A DNA stretch of 64,000 nucleotides from an uncultured Acidobacteriota bacterium (GCA_963770895.1 CAVYRF010000001.1:800001-864000); one strand, 5' to 3'. Positions 19,928 to 30,900 are shown, numbered from the stretch's first letter. Notes: generated by a model from the sequence alone, not told the origin. Numbers and translations are program-made.

Positions 19928-20743
19928 ATGACCACCACCGCCTCGCAGCCTCTTATGAGCACCCTATCCGCTTCGTCGTGCAGGGATTATCGCCGTTCGG
20001 CAACGGGCCGCCGGCGTCTCACGATCGCCATCCTGGGGCTGGCCATCGCGCTTGTCGCGCTGGGGAGCCAGGCCGCATCCGGCCAGCTGCTGCAGGCCGG
20101 CAACAGCTCCGCCTTTGGCGAATCGATCTCGCTGCAGCTGCTGTCGCTGCTCGGACCGCCGCTGGTGACGGTGAGCAGCGGACCGCTGCCGACCGTCGCC
20201 GGTTCCGCGCCGCCCTCCTACTCCGCGACCCAGACGGCCGTCTCGGTCGGGGTTTCGGCGCCGATTCTGGGCAACATCCTCCAGACCGGGCTGCTGCGGG
20301 TGGATGCGGCCTCCCAGACGACGCCGGCCGGCGTCGAAAGCGACTCCACCGTCTCAGGCGTTCAGCTCAGCGTCGGCGCGCTGGGAGCGCTGGTGAACCT
20401 GGCCGCGGACACCATCGGCACCCAGACCATCCTCACCTGTGCCGGCTACCTGCCCGCGACGACGGGCACGCTCACCTTGACCAATCCGCGCCTGAGCGTG
20501 CTGGGCGTCGCCGTGGCCGTCGCCCCCAATCTGCCGCCCAACACCGTGCTGATCAACCTCCTGGGCATCACGGTGACGGCCAACGAACAGATCCTGGTCA
20601 GCACCGGCCCCACCAACGATCTGGTGGTCAACGCCATCCACGTCTCCTTCAACGGGGCCTCCATGGTCGGCCTGGGACTGCTGAACGGCGACATCGTGCT
20701 GGCGCAGTCCCACGTTCAGCTGCGTTGCCTCTCGCCCGAATAG
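19928..20743 (+). CDS. Secreted choice-of-anchor P-like beta-rich protein
   Basis: Signal peptide; SAFGESI, PPNTVLINLLGITVTANEQ, VNAIHV, DIVLAQSH. Confidence 0.7.
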   Translation: MTTTASQPLMSTLSASSCRDYRRSATGRRRLTIAILGLAIALVALGSQAASGQLLQAGNSSAFGESISLQLLSLLGPPLVTVSSGPLPTVAGSAPPSYSATQTAVSVGVSAPILGNILQTGLLRVDAASQTTPAGVESDSTVSGVQLSVGALGALVNLAADTIGTQTILTCAGYLPATTGTLTLTNPRLSVLGVAVAVAPNLPPNTVLINLLGITVTANEQILVSTGPTNDLVVNAIHVSFNGASMVGLGLLNGDIVLAQSHVQLRCLSPE

Positions 20744-20856
20744 CCGCAATGCGGGCGCAGCCGCGCCAGCAGCTCGCGCCCGCCCTGCCTGACACCATCC
20801 CATCCCGCCCCCGGCCGCCATCCTGCCGACCCGCCGGGGGCGGCCTTAGTACGCCT

Positions 20857-23800
20857 CTACTGCCCCTGCGTCCGCACCGGCGGCTCCGGCCGCTTGGGGT
20901 AGGCCTTGGGATCGGCAGCGATCTTCTTCATCACCTCCGCCACCCCGCGCTCCAGCTGGGGATCGCGGCCGTCGAGGACGGACGCGACGTCGTTGGGCAC
21001 CACGATGTCCGGATCGACGCCGTGCCCTTCGATGATCCATTTGCCTTCCAGCGACACCGACCCGGCCTCGGGCACGAAGATCTGGCCGCCGTCGATCATG
21101 GGGCCGTGATAGTTGATGCCCACGACCCCTCCCCAGGTGCGCGTGCCGATCAGCGGACCCAGGCCGAGCTGGCGGAACATGTAGGGGAAGATGTCGCCGT
21201 CCGAGCCGGAGCCCTCGTTGAGCAGGCACGCCATGTGGCCGTAGAACGCCTCCTGCGGATAGGGCATCGGATCGGCGTCGGTGCGCCCGAAGTCCACCGC
21301 CAGCGGGTGACGCGCCAGCCGCTCCAGCAGGATCGGCGAGATGAAGCCGCCGCCGTTGTCGCGCACGTCGACGATCAGTCCTTCCTTGCGGACCTGGCCG
21401 AAGTACCACTTGTCGAATTCCCGCATCCCGTCTTCGCCCATGTCGGGCAGATGGATGTAGCCGAGCCGGCCGCCGCTCAGGCGGGTCACCTCTTCGCGGT
21501 TGTGGTTCACCCAGGCCAGGTAGATCAGGTGCTCCTCGGTCTCGATCGGCCGGAAGGTGATCTCCCTGGCGCCGTCCAGGGTGGGCTTGGCGTTGACCGT
21601 CATGCGCACCGGCCGGTCCGCCTTGTGGCGCAGCAGCCGGTAGGGATTGTCGCTGCCGGCAAGATCCTCGCCGTCGATCGCCAGCACGTAGTCGCCCGCG
21701 TGAACGTGCACGCCCACCTCGGTCAGCGGCGAGCGGTACAGGTCCTCTTCGTTCTGGCCGTCGTAGATCCTGGCGATCCGGTAGCGTCCGGCCTTGGCAT
21801 CCAGCTCGAAGCGCGCGCCCGGCAGCGCCACCTTGGGGCTGGGCGGCGCCTTGTAGTCGCCGCCGGCGATGTAGGAGTGCGAATTGTTCAGCTCGGCGAT
21901 CATCTCGCCGATGATGTAGTTCACGTCCGACCGGTGGCCGGCGTAGGCGAGCAGCGGCTCGTACTGCCGGCGCAGCGCCTCCCAGTCGTAGCCGTTCATG
22001 GTCGGCACGTAGAAATAGTCGCGGTAGCGGCGCCACGCCTCGCGGAACACCTCAGCCCACTCTTCGGCCGGCACGCGATCGACCATCATGCCGCCAGTAT
22101 CGATCGTCTTTTTGGCATCCTTGCCGGCGACCGTGGCGTCGTACACGTTGTAATGCCCGTCCTCGGTCGCCAGCAGCTTGCTGCCGTCCTGCGACAGGGC
22201 ATAATCGCTCACGTTTTCGGCGAACGTCACCATCTTGCGGTCCTTGATGGTAAAGATCAGCAACGCCGGCTTGAACGGCGGTTCGTTCAAGGTGTTGGGC
22301 GGCTGCTTGACAAAGAACAGCCGGCCGTCGGCGGCACGCAACGAACCGTAGTTGTCGAAGGGCACCGGCGCCCGCACCACCCGCGAGCCAAGCCCGTCAA
22401 AGTCGATCCTGGTGCAAGCCGGCGCCGCCGCCGCCTTGCCGTCCTTGTCCTTGCCGTCCTTGCGATCCTTGCCGTCCGTGTCCGCCTGGCCGGCCGCGCC
22501 CTTCTTGCCGCCCTTCGCCGCGTGCCCGCCGCCCTCTTCGCCGGCGTTCTTTTCCTCCGCCAGCGTCACCGAATCCTCCTCGGGAGAGAACAGGTTGGCG
22601 ACGTCCTTGCGCAGCGCCAGAGCGAAGACGCCGACGTTGCGGTCCTGGGCAAAGTTGAAATCCACCGCGTCGAACTGCCCCAGGTACGAGCGCGCCGACA
22701 GGTAGAACAGGTAGTCCCCCTTGGGATCCCACGCCGGGCTGAAGGCCTGGAACAGCGGGTCGGTCACCTGCCGCAGCTTGCCGTCCGCCACGCTCCACAT
22801 CCACAGCGAGCGGAAGGTGTTGGCGTTGGCCATGCTGAACGCCAGGTGGCCGCCGCAAGGCGACCACGCGTAATCGTGGATCTGGCCGCGCACGTCGTGC
22901 GCCACTTCGATCAGCGTCCGATCGGCCACCGACACCACCCACAGCCGGCCGTCCTTGTCGGAAAACGCCAGCCGTTTGCCGTCCGGCGCCCACTCGGGCG
23001 CAAAGCGCTGCACCTTGCCGCCGCTGGTCAGCCGCTCCGGCTTGCCCACTCCCAGGGCGTCGACGACGTAGATCTCCTCTTCGCCGGTGCCGTCCGAGAT
23101 GTAGGCGATCTTGCGGCCGTCCGGCGACCAGCGCGCCCCCTTGTCGTGAGCGTCCGACGAGCGGGTGAGATTGCGCGTCACCCCCTTTTCGATCGGCGTG
23201 TTGAATATGTCGCCGCGCGCCGCGAACACCGCGCGCTCCCCCTTGGGCGACAGCGCGGCGTCCTCGACCTGGTCGGCCGCCGCGACCTGGGACGGCCGCG
23301 TATCCAGCCCGTCGCTGGGAACGTCGATCGCCAGGTGCCGCGCTTGCCCGGAGCGGGTATCGAACACGTTCAGCTCGCCGTTCAGCTCGTAGACGATCTG
23401 CCCCTCCGCGTCGGCGCTCGGCCAGCGCACGTCCCACTGCGTGCTGGAGGTCAGCTGCGCGGTGGCGCCGCTCGCCAGGTCGTAGGAGTAGAGGTTGAGC
23501 GTGCCGGTGCGGTCCGAATCGAAATAGATCTTGTTGCCGATCCACATCGGATCGCGCTCGGTGCGCGGCGTGTTGGTGATCTGCCGGGTCGCATGCGTCG
23601 TCAGGTCGAAGATCCAGAGATCCTGCGCCCAGCCCCCCTGGTAGCGCTTCCAGGTGCGGAAGTCGCGAGCGAACGGGGTGTAGACCACCTTCTTGCCGTC
23701 CGGAGACAGGTTGGCGCCGCCGCTCGCCGGCATGGGCAGCGGCTCGGGCAGCCCCCCGGTCACCGGCACGGAGTAGATGCGGCTCTGGCCGTGCGACCAG

Positions 23801-24276
23801 CCGTCGCGCATGGATCGGAAGTACACCGCCTTGCCGTCCGGCGTCCAGCCGTAGACCTGGTTGTCATACCCCCAGCGCGGCGGCAACGGTCCGCGCGCCG
23901 GGTAGAAGGTCAGCTGCTTGGGCACGCCGCCGGTCGCCGGAATGACGTAGACCTGCTCGTCGCCGTCGTATTGCCCGGTGAACGCGATCCACTTGCCGTC
24001 AGGCGAAAACCTGGCAAACAGCTCCAGCCCAGGATGGGCGGTCAGCCGCGTCGCCGTCCCGCCGCCGACCGGCGCCGTCCACAGGTCGCCGGCATAGGTG
24101 AACGCCACCTTGTCCCGATAGATCGCGGGAAACCGCAGCAGCTTGGTCTGGCCGAACGCCGCGCCGGCAGCCGCTCCAGCCGCCACGACGAAGCACACGA
24201 CGAATCGCGCCACGCGGGCGATGCGCGCGACGCGAGCCCCGCCAGCGGCGGGGGTGCTGCGGAAAACTCGCTGCAT
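20857..24276 (-). CDS. Tricorn protease (S41 peptidase, PD40 propellers, PDZ)
   Basis: LLRFPAI..VAFTYAGDLW, SPDG repeats, GYIHLPDM, DVRDNGGG, GSDGDIF, GTRTWGG, IEGHGVDPD. Confidence 0.93.
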   Translation of the reverse strand: MQRVFRSTPAAGGARVARIARVARFVVCFVVAAGAAAGAAFGQTKLLRFPAIYRDKVAFTYAGDLWTAPVGGGTATRLTAHPGLELFARFSPDGKWIAFTGQYDGDEQVYVIPATGGVPKQLTFYPARGPLPPRWGYDNQVYGWTPDGKAVYFRSMRDGWSHGQSRIYSVPVTGGLPEPLPMPASGGANLSPDGKKVVYTPFARDFRTWKRYQGGWAQDLWIFDLTTHATRQITNTPRTERDPMWIGNKIYFDSDRTGTLNLYSYDLASGATAQLTSSTQWDVRWPSADAEGQIVYELNGELNVFDTRSGQARHLAIDVPSDGLDTRPSQVAAADQVEDAALSPKGERAVFAARGDIFNTPIEKGVTRNLTRSSDAHDKGARWSPDGRKIAYISDGTGEEEIYVVDALGVGKPERLTSGGKVQRFAPEWAPDGKRLAFSDKDGRLWVVSVADRTLIEVAHDVRGQIHDYAWSPCGGHLAFSMANANTFRSLWMWSVADGKLRQVTDPLFQAFSPAWDPKGDYLFYLSARSYLGQFDAVDFNFAQDRNVGVFALALRKDVANLFSPEEDSVTLAEEKNAGEEGGGHAAKGGKKGAAGQADTDGKDRKDGKDKDGKAAAAPACTRIDFDGLGSRVVRAPVPFDNYGSLRAADGRLFFVKQPPNTLNEPPFKPALLIFTIKDRKMVTFAENVSDYALSQDGSKLLATEDGHYNVYDATVAGKDAKKTIDTGGMMVDRVPAEEWAEVFREAWRRYRDYFYVPTMNGYDWEALRRQYEPLLAYAGHRSDVNYIIGEMIAELNNSHSYIAGGDYKAPPSPKVALPGARFELDAKAGRYRIARIYDGQNEEDLYRSPLTEVGVHVHAGDYVLAIDGEDLAGSDNPYRLLRHKADRPVRMTVNAKPTLDGAREITFRPIETEEHLIYLAWVNHNREEVTRLSGGRLGYIHLPDMGEDGMREFDKWYFGQVRKEGLIVDVRDNGGGFISPILLERLARHPLAVDFGRTDADPMPYPQEAFYGHMACLLNEGSGSDGDIFPYMFRQLGLGPLIGTRTWGGVVGINYHGPMIDGGQIFVPEAGSVSLEGKWIIEGHGVDPDIVVPNDVASVLDGRDPQLERGVAEVMKKIAADPKAYPKRPEPPVRTQGQ

Positions 24277-24498
24277 TGGGACCTCCCCTGAGAACCGACC
24301 CGGCCAAGTCTATGCGCGAAGGGCCGGCGTCCGCGAGCCAATACGACGCGACAGCCTTCTTTGTTTCCCACGACCGGCATTGCCTAGCCTGCCGCTCTTG
24401 CTTCGCGGAACCCGTCGAACCGGTTTGCCAGCCGCACCCGGCGGCCGCCGAAACGCCGCGCGCCGCGACCGGAGGCGGGCGCCTGGCGCCGGGGCTAG

Positions 24499-24638
24499 TA
24501 CTACAGTGTCACAAACTCGCACAGGCTGCCGTGCAAGTTGTTCTGTCTCAGTACTTTGCGTATTTCAATTGAATACTTCTGAAAATTTCGTGGAATTCAA
24601 CGCTGGCAGGCTTTTTCTGCTGGCGTGACACAGTAGTA
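24499..24638. mobile_element. 140-bp MITE-like non-autonomous element (IS701-like ends)
   Basis: TIRs TACTACAGTGTCAC / GTGACACAGTAGTA (1 mismatch), flanked by CTAG on both sides (24495-24498, 24639-24642); AT-rich interior. Confidence 0.7.
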
Positions 24639-24723
24639 CTAGCGCCCGGAATCGTGCTTCACGGCAGGGCCATGGCGGGCCACCCAGGAGGGCGGCCCGC
24701 CGCCGGGGGCCTGGCGCTGCCGG

Positions 24724-25548
24724 TCAGCCGGCTTGCCCGAAGCGCTGCGCGGCAAGCCGTGCATCGGCCGGCGCGTCGCCGGCGGTAGACACGCTGGACC
24801 GGCAGACCGAGTCGTCACCCTGTGCCGCGACATCCGGCGATGCCGCCGCGGAGCTTTCCGCCGGCCGGTGGAAGGCGCGGATCAGCTGCCGATGGTCAAT
24901 CAGGCCGCACAGAACCGCGAGCGCGCCATAGACGCTTGCAGTCTTGTAGAAGGCCATCCAGGTATCGGGATCGAGCAGGTGCAGCCCACCGCCGCTGCAG
25001 GCGATTGTCAGCAGGATGGTGCCCGCCAAGGCGACGTGCGCCTGGTCAGGCCGGTGGTCCCGCTCGATCCACCAGTTGCCGAGAAAGGCCGCCGCCGCAA
25101 GCAGGTACAGGCCGCTCGCCATTGCGAGCTTGTGATTGGAGAGCACGGCCGGCGGAAAAATCGCCGCAAGCGCGATGAACAGGCCGAGCACGAGGCCCAC
25201 TCCGATGGGGATGAGTTGTCGCTGCGTGACGGGGGACTGCAACGGCGATCCGACTGGATTGGCGACGGCGAGCTGTTGCGCGGGGCCGGCACGACGATCC
25301 AAGGGATTGACCACGCCGACCCTTGCCGCGTAGTACGGCCTGGCGTACCGGAACTGCCAGTAGAGCACCAGGCCCATGACGCACAAGGACAAGACCTGGA
25401 GAGAAATCGCCAGCTCCGTTCGCCCGGCCAGGTGGGGCACGCCTGTTGCCATCAAGATCAGGCCGACCGGAACGGTGCAGCGCAATCCCTGGAGCTGGTT
25501 GAAATGGCGGGTCAGAAAGCTGATCCTGTCGAGCTCGCTTGCTTGCAT
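24724..25548 (-). CDS. Hypothetical multi-pass membrane protein
   Basis: About 6 hydrophobic segments; GAGGAG RBS. Confidence 0.7.
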   Translation of the reverse strand: MQASELDRISFLTRHFNQLQGLRCTVPVGLILMATGVPHLAGRTELAISLQVLSLCVMGLVLYWQFRYARPYYAARVGVVNPLDRRAGPAQQLAVANPVGSPLQSPVTQRQLIPIGVGLVLGLFIALAAIFPPAVLSNHKLAMASGLYLLAAAAFLGNWWIERDHRPDQAHVALAGTILLTIACSGGGLHLLDPDTWMAFYKTASVYGALAVLCGLIDHRQLIRAFHRPAESSAAASPDVAAQGDDSVCRSSVSTAGDAPADARLAAQRFGQAG

Positions 25549-25569
25549 ACATGTCTCCTCGCTGCAAAC

Positions 25570-25598
25570 AGTCTCGCAGACATCTCAATTCATGTCAA
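25570..25598 (-). promoter_or_regulatory. Putative sigma70 promoter of the membrane-protein gene
   Basis: TTGACA-N17-GAGACT on the minus strand; flanking GTTTGCA boxes. Confidence 0.5.
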
Positions 25599-25720
25599 CA
25601 GGTCTGTCATGCAAACTTTGCTCGCCGGGAGGGCCAGGGCGAGCTCGTCGGCGCAAAGCGCGGCACCAGGTTGTCGCCGCGGCGCCGTGGCGCGGCACTC
25701 CGGCATGCCGCGCCGTGCCG

Positions 25721-25750
25721 GCGGCATCGCGCGACATCGCGCGGCATCGC
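25721..25750. repeat. Three tandem 10-bp repeats GCG[G/A]CATCGC (candidate enhancer/UAS)
   Basis: Copies at 25721, 25731 and 25741, plus a degenerate fourth; 60-90 bp upstream of a -24/-12 site. Confidence 0.6.
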
Positions 25751-25810
25751 GGCGGCATTCGCGCGGGGCTCGCAACCCATGCCGCACCCTATGAAAAGCG
25801 CTTGCGGGCC

Positions 25811-25826
25811 GGGCATGGGCCTTGCG
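25811..25826 (+). promoter_or_regulatory. Putative sigma54 -24/-12 promoter
   Basis: GGGCATGGGCCTTGCG = GG-N10-GC, close to TGGCAC-N5-TTGC. Confidence 0.65.
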
Positions 25827-26011
25827 ATGTAGGAATCGCGAAACGCCACAACGGCCGCTCCTGACACGGCGGCTCCGATCACAGATCTGAAGGAGGTTCG
25901 CGATGAGCTTGCCGTCCGACCGTGGCCGTGCTCCGCCTGTCAGGGCGCGGCGACCGATCAGAAGTTCCGTCAAAACATTGCCAACGTGGGTACCATGAAA
26001 GGAGAAACGGA

Positions 26012-26449
26012 ATGTCATTCACTACCAATCAGGCCAGCGTCTTCGTGCAGATCTGGGTGGACACCAACGCGGCCAAGCAGGGCTCGACCGCCGGCGTCTA
26101 CCTGGTGGACAACCGCTTCAGCAGCGGCAGCGGCAACGAGGGCACGCCGAACCTCTCGACCGCCGCCAGCAAGAACTCGATCGTCTGCTGGCAGGCCTCG
26201 TCGATCGATCCCAACGACACCTCGCTCATCCAGATCCAGGCGTTCGGCAACAGCAACGTCTGGGGCCCGACGGGCATCCCGCAACCCGCCGGCGACATCC
26301 CGACGGCATGGGTCGGCCAGGTGCAGAACGCCGGCCAGGCGGGCTACACGATCACCCTCACCGTGCAGCTCGGCGCCGGTTCGGGCCAGACCATCACCGT
26401 CAGCCCCTCCATGAACGTCCTGGCGTCCGCCGCGGCGGTCGCCGCCTGA
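26012..26449 (+). CDS. AidA/PixA (inclusion body protein)-like protein 1
   Basis: VQIWVDT..VYLVDNR..G.GNEG..L.T...IVCW..SID; AAAGGAG RBS; no signal peptide. Confidence 0.65.
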   Translation: MSFTTNQASVFVQIWVDTNAAKQGSTAGVYLVDNRFSSGSGNEGTPNLSTAASKNSIVCWQASSIDPNDTSLIQIQAFGNSNVWGPTGIPQPAGDIPTAWVGQVQNAGQAGYTITLTVQLGAGSGQTITVSPSMNVLASAAAVAA

Positions 26450-26475
26450 CCCTCAGTTCCCAGGAGAGACAAATC

Positions 26476-26934
26476 ATGTTCCCCAATCGAATGGTCGTCG
26501 CGCAGGCTCCGCTGCTCAAGCCCCAAACCTCGATTCAGATCGCGGTCGACACCGCGTACGTGATCGGCCAGGCCGGCAAGGACATCGGCGCCGGCGTCTA
26601 CATGATGGACAACCGGGTCTCGAACGGCAGCAAGGGCGAGGGCAACCTCGAGTTGCACACCTCGGCGAACGTCGGCGACCTGGTCGGCTTCCGCGTCCAC
26701 CCGATCAATCCCAACGGCAACGACAGCGTCGAGATCACCGGCTTCAACGTGTCGAGCGGCAGCGTCTTCGGCAGCAACGGCACGCCGCGCGAGCAGCAGA
26801 CACCGGACTACTGGATCGGCCAGGCGCTGAATGCCGGAAACCAGACCTACCAGATCCAGATCAAGGTCACCAGCGGCGGCCTCCAGCCGCTGTCGTACTT
26901 CGTCAATTGGGACCCGTTCCTCACCGCTCACTGA
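26476..26934 (+). CDS. AidA/PixA-like protein 2
   Basis: IQIAVDT..VYMMDNR..GEGNLEL...YQIQIKV...WDPFL; paralogue of the previous gene; AGGAG RBS. Confidence 0.7.
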   Translation: MFPNRMVVAQAPLLKPQTSIQIAVDTAYVIGQAGKDIGAGVYMMDNRVSNGSKGEGNLELHTSANVGDLVGFRVHPINPNGNDSVEITGFNVSSGSVFGSNGTPREQQTPDYWIGQALNAGNQTYQIQIKVTSGGLQPLSYFVNWDPFLTAH

Positions 26935-27018
26935 GGCGGGGCGCGATCCACCGGGCGGCGGTGCTTCCTGCGCCGCCGCCCCCCCTTAAACGCGGTTCGC
27001 CACTAGGAGGGAATTCCG

Positions 27019-27402
27019 ATGATCAACCTGACCACGTTCGCAATCTACGCGTCGCCGGCGACACAGGCCGGCGGGATGCCGGTGTTGGGCGGCGACCTGG
27101 CATCCGACGGCACCAACTCCATCATGGCCACCCAACCCGGCCCGGTCTTCATCGACGTCAACGCGGTGGGCGGGCTCCAGTTCAGCCCCGCCGGTCCGCC
27201 GGTCGCGGCGGGCACGGGCAGCAGCTTGCCCAGCTCATCCTGGGGCTGGCACGTCGTCGAACCCGCGGCGCCGTCCATCACCGAGATCGCCATCAGCGAC
27301 GCCAACGGCCTCGCCGGCACGATCCAGCTGCAGCTCAACCTGCTCGATGCATCGGGGGGGCCGCTGCCTCCGGTGCCGTTCACCATCGTCAACGCCGCTT
27401 AA
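27019..27402 (+). CDS. Hypothetical small beta-rich protein lacking Lys, Arg and Cys
   Basis: AGGAGG RBS, strong GC3 bias; ends FTIVNAA. Confidence 0.75.
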   Translation: MINLTTFAIYASPATQAGGMPVLGGDLASDGTNSIMATQPGPVFIDVNAVGGLQFSPAGPPVAAGTGSSLPSSSWGWHVVEPAAPSITEIAISDANGLAGTIQLQLNLLDASGGPLPPVPFTIVNAA

Positions 27403-27447
27403 CCGCGCTCGACCGGCTGTCGCATCGGACGCAGGAAAGGAGACCCC

Positions 27448-27921
27448 ATGCTGCCTATCACCCCATACCAGATCTATCTCTCGGGCTTGCTGACCAACCC
27501 CCAGATGAGCGGAAATATCGACTCGGACAACCATGTCATCACCATGGCCGCCGCGGGCGGCGCGGCGATCGCAATCTCGCTCGCCGGCTTGCACGACGCG
27601 AGCGGCCAGCCGGTGACCTACCAGCCCAGCAAGCCCATCGCCTTCGTCGACAAGCTTGGCGTGGAGATACCGCAACCAAGCTTCATCTCCTGGGTGCTGC
27701 TGTCGTCGCTTGACATCCTGATCACCAATCTCAACTACAACTCGCACCGCACCCACTTCGTGCTGCTCTTCGAAACCAGCGATCACCTGGTCGTTGCCAG
27801 CAACGCCGTCGGCTTCGATCCGACCATCGTCAACACCTACGTGCCGCCGCCGCAGGACGTCGTGCCGGAGGCGGCGCCCGCCCCGGCGCCGGCGCTCAGA
27901 GTGGTGGCGGGCCGGCGGTGA
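27448..27921 (+). CDS. Hypothetical small beta-rich protein (DPTIVN C-terminal motif)
   Basis: AAAGGAG RBS; weak similarity to the previous ORF. Confidence 0.75.
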   Translation: MLPITPYQIYLSGLLTNPQMSGNIDSDNHVITMAAAGGAAIAISLAGLHDASGQPVTYQPSKPIAFVDKLGVEIPQPSFISWVLLSSLDILITNLNYNSHRTHFVLLFETSDHLVVASNAVGFDPTIVNTYVPPPQDVVPEAAPAPAPALRVVAGRR

Positions 27922-30900
27922 GGCGGTCGCGCAGCTCGGGGGCGGAGCGCAGGGCGTCGAACCACGGGAAGCTGAACCACCGCGGATCGACGCCCTGGCG
28001 CAGGGCCTGCTGGGCGTTCCACACCGCGGAGGCGTGGTCGCCCAGCACCGCGAAGACCACCGCCACCTCGCTTTCGGCCTGGGCATTGCCGGGAGCCAGC
28101 GCCAGGACCTGCTGCGCCGCCGCGACCGCCGGCAGGCGCTGGCCCAGGTGGGCGAGCGCCTGGGCGCGCGCCGAAACCACCTGCCACTGCCCGGCGGCGG
28201 GGTCCTCCGCGGTCAGGCGCAGCAGCCGGCGGTACTGCTCGTGCGCTGCCGCCGCGTCGCCCTGGAGCAGCAGCACGTCGGCCAGGTTGAGGGTCACGAA
28301 GGGGTTGTCGGGCTCGCTCGCCAGCGCTTCCCGGAAGCGCGCCGCGGCCTCGGGATAGCGGCGCAGCAGCATGTAGGCGGTGCCCAGGTTGATGACCTCG
28401 GTCTCCTGGGGCGACCGGCGCAGCAGCTCGACGTAGAGGTCCGCGGCGCGCGCCGGGCTGCCGCTCAGCAGCTCGATCTGCGCCAGCAGCGACTGCGCCG
28501 GGTAGATGCCGGGCGCGCGGGCGAGCAGCATGTAGAGGTCGCGGCGCGCCGCGGCGGCTTCGCCCAGGCGGTACTCCATGTCGGCGAGCGCCAGGTAGTG
28601 GCCCCACGACGGGCGGCGCCGGCACGCCTCGCGCTGCAACGCCAGGGCGGCGGCGGTCGCGCCGCGCCGCTCGGCCAGGCGGGCGCGCTGCGCCAGCACC
28701 ACCGGGTCGCCGGGTTGCAGGCGCTCGAGCTCCTGCAGGTCGGCCGCCGCGCGCTCCAGGCGCCCGGCCTCGAGCGACAGCGAAAAGTCGGTGATCAGCG
28801 GCGCCGGGTCGCCGGGAACCAGCCCTCGCGCCGCGGCCAGCAGGTCGAAGGCGCGCGCCAGGTCGGCGGCGTCGCGGTGGTCGCGGAAGCGGTAGCGCAG
28901 GATCTCCGCCTCCAGCAGCGCCGCCTCCAGGAAGCGCGGCGACCCGCGGCGCAGCGCGGCCAGGCGCGCCAGGAGCGCGCTGGTGCGGTCGGTGCCCCCG
29001 CGGCGCGTGAAGTCACGCTGGACGTCGAGGTACTCGCGGTAGGCGGCGGCGGAAGCCACCTCCAGGTGCGCAAAGCCCTCGCGCGCCGGGTGGCGCGGGT
29101 AGCCGAGGTGGATCTGCGACTCGACGGCGTGCTCGATCGCGTAGGGATCGCCGGCCGGCACGTCGAAGGCGTACTCCCAGAGCAGCCGTCCGTCCGCCCC
29201 GCGCAGCCGGGCGAGCGCCACGCGGCACTGGAAGGCGCCGGCGCCGCAGCGGATCGCGGCGGTGAGCAGCTCGTCGGCGCCGGTGGCCCGCGCCACCGCG
29301 ACCGGCGGCCCCGGCACCGGGTCCACCTGCTCGGGCGCGATCGCCGAGATCCCGCGCCGCGACAGCAGGCCGCGCAGCAGTGCCGAGCGGATGATCGATG
29401 CCAGCAGGTCGGCGCTCAAGCTGGCGGCAGGAGGCGCGGCGCTGGTGGCGGCGCTGGGACCCGCGACGGCGGCGGTGCCGGCGGGAGCGGCCGAGCCGCC
29501 GCGCGCGGACGGGTCGGCTCCCGCGACCGCGACCTGCGGCGCCAGCACGGCCACGGCGAGCGGCGGCGCGACGGCGCTCGCGTCGCGGCTCCGCCACAGT
29601 GCGAGCCCCGCCAGAGATGACAGGATCAGCGCCAGGCTGAGCCCCGCGGCGACGGCGACGCGGCGGCGGCCGGCGACCGCGAAGGCGGTGGCGAGGGTGG
29701 AACCGATGCCGGCGCTGGACGGCGGACCGGACGCCACGGTCGGCGGCTCGGCGGCGCTTGCGGACGGGGCGGCCGCGGCGGACGGGGCGGACGCGGCAGC
29801 CAGGGCGGCCCCGGATGCCGCGGCGGCGACCGGCGCCCCGGATGCCGCGGCGGCGACCGATGCCCCGGATGCCGCGGCGGCGACCGATGCCCCGGATGCC
29901 GCGGCGGCGACCGATGCCCCGGATGCCGCGGCGGCGACCGGCGCCCCGGATGCCGCGGCGGCGACCGATGCCCCGGACGCCGCGGCGGGAAGGGTGGGCG
30001 GCGACGTGGCGGCGCCGGGCTGCCGGGAGGCGGGCAGGCCGTCGATCACCGTCGAGGCCTGGGGCGGCGCGGCCGCTCCGGCCGGCGCGCGGCTGGCGGC
30101 GGCGGCAGGGCCTCCCGCCGCCGCCAGCGCGGCGAGCGCCGCCACCACATCCTGGGCGCTCTGCGGCCGGTGCGCGGGCTCCTTTTCGAGCAGGCGATCG
30201 ATCAGGTCGGACAGCGCCGCGGGGATCGCCGCGTTCAGGGCGCGCGCCGGCGGCTGGCGCAAGGTGCAGACGTTGGTGAGCGTGGCGAAGGCGCTGGCGC
30301 CCAGGAAAGGCGAGCGTCCGGCGACCATCTCGTAGAGCAGCGTGCCGAAGGAGAACAGGTCCGAGCGGTGATCGATCGCCACACCGCGCGCCTGCTCGGG
30401 GGACATGGCGCGGTAGGTGCCGACGACCGCGCCGTCCTGCGAGATCAGGCTCTCGCCATGCTCCTCACTCTCCTCGGCGCGCCGCCTGGCCAGCCCGAAG
30501 TCCAGCACCTTGGCGTGTCCCGCCGGCGTCACCATGACGTTTTCGGTCTTGAGGTCGCGATGGACGATGCCCAGCGCGTGGGCCGCGGCAAGGCCGCCGG
30601 CGATCTCAAGACCCAGGCGCACGGCGCGTTCGACGGCGAAGCCGCCCTCGCGCCGCAGCGCGGCGGCCAGCGTCGAGCCCGCGACCAGCTCCATGACGAT
30701 CGCGTCCCCCTGCTCGGTCGCCAGCACCTGATGGACCTTGACCACCGCCGGGTGATCCAGCGCCGCGGCGGCGCGCGCCTCGCGCCGGAAGCGGCGGCGG
30801 GCGTCGTCGCCGGCAGCCGCGGAGCGGCGGATCACCTTGATGGCGACAGGCCGCTCCAGGCGCTCGTCCCAGGCGCGGTAGACCTCGCCCATGCCACCCT

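Noticed and set aside
19900-24291. 1463-aa plus-strand ORF, and similar long ORFs at 4783-7755, 35999-39886 and 40803-43397
   Set aside because: Antisense or shadow frames of real genes, expected at this GC content; Arg/Gly/Ala-rich and without motifs
29811-29989. Regular 27-bp repeats resembling a CRISPR array
   Set aside because: No unique spacers; the repeats are in-frame coding sequence inside the kinase, and no cas genes are present
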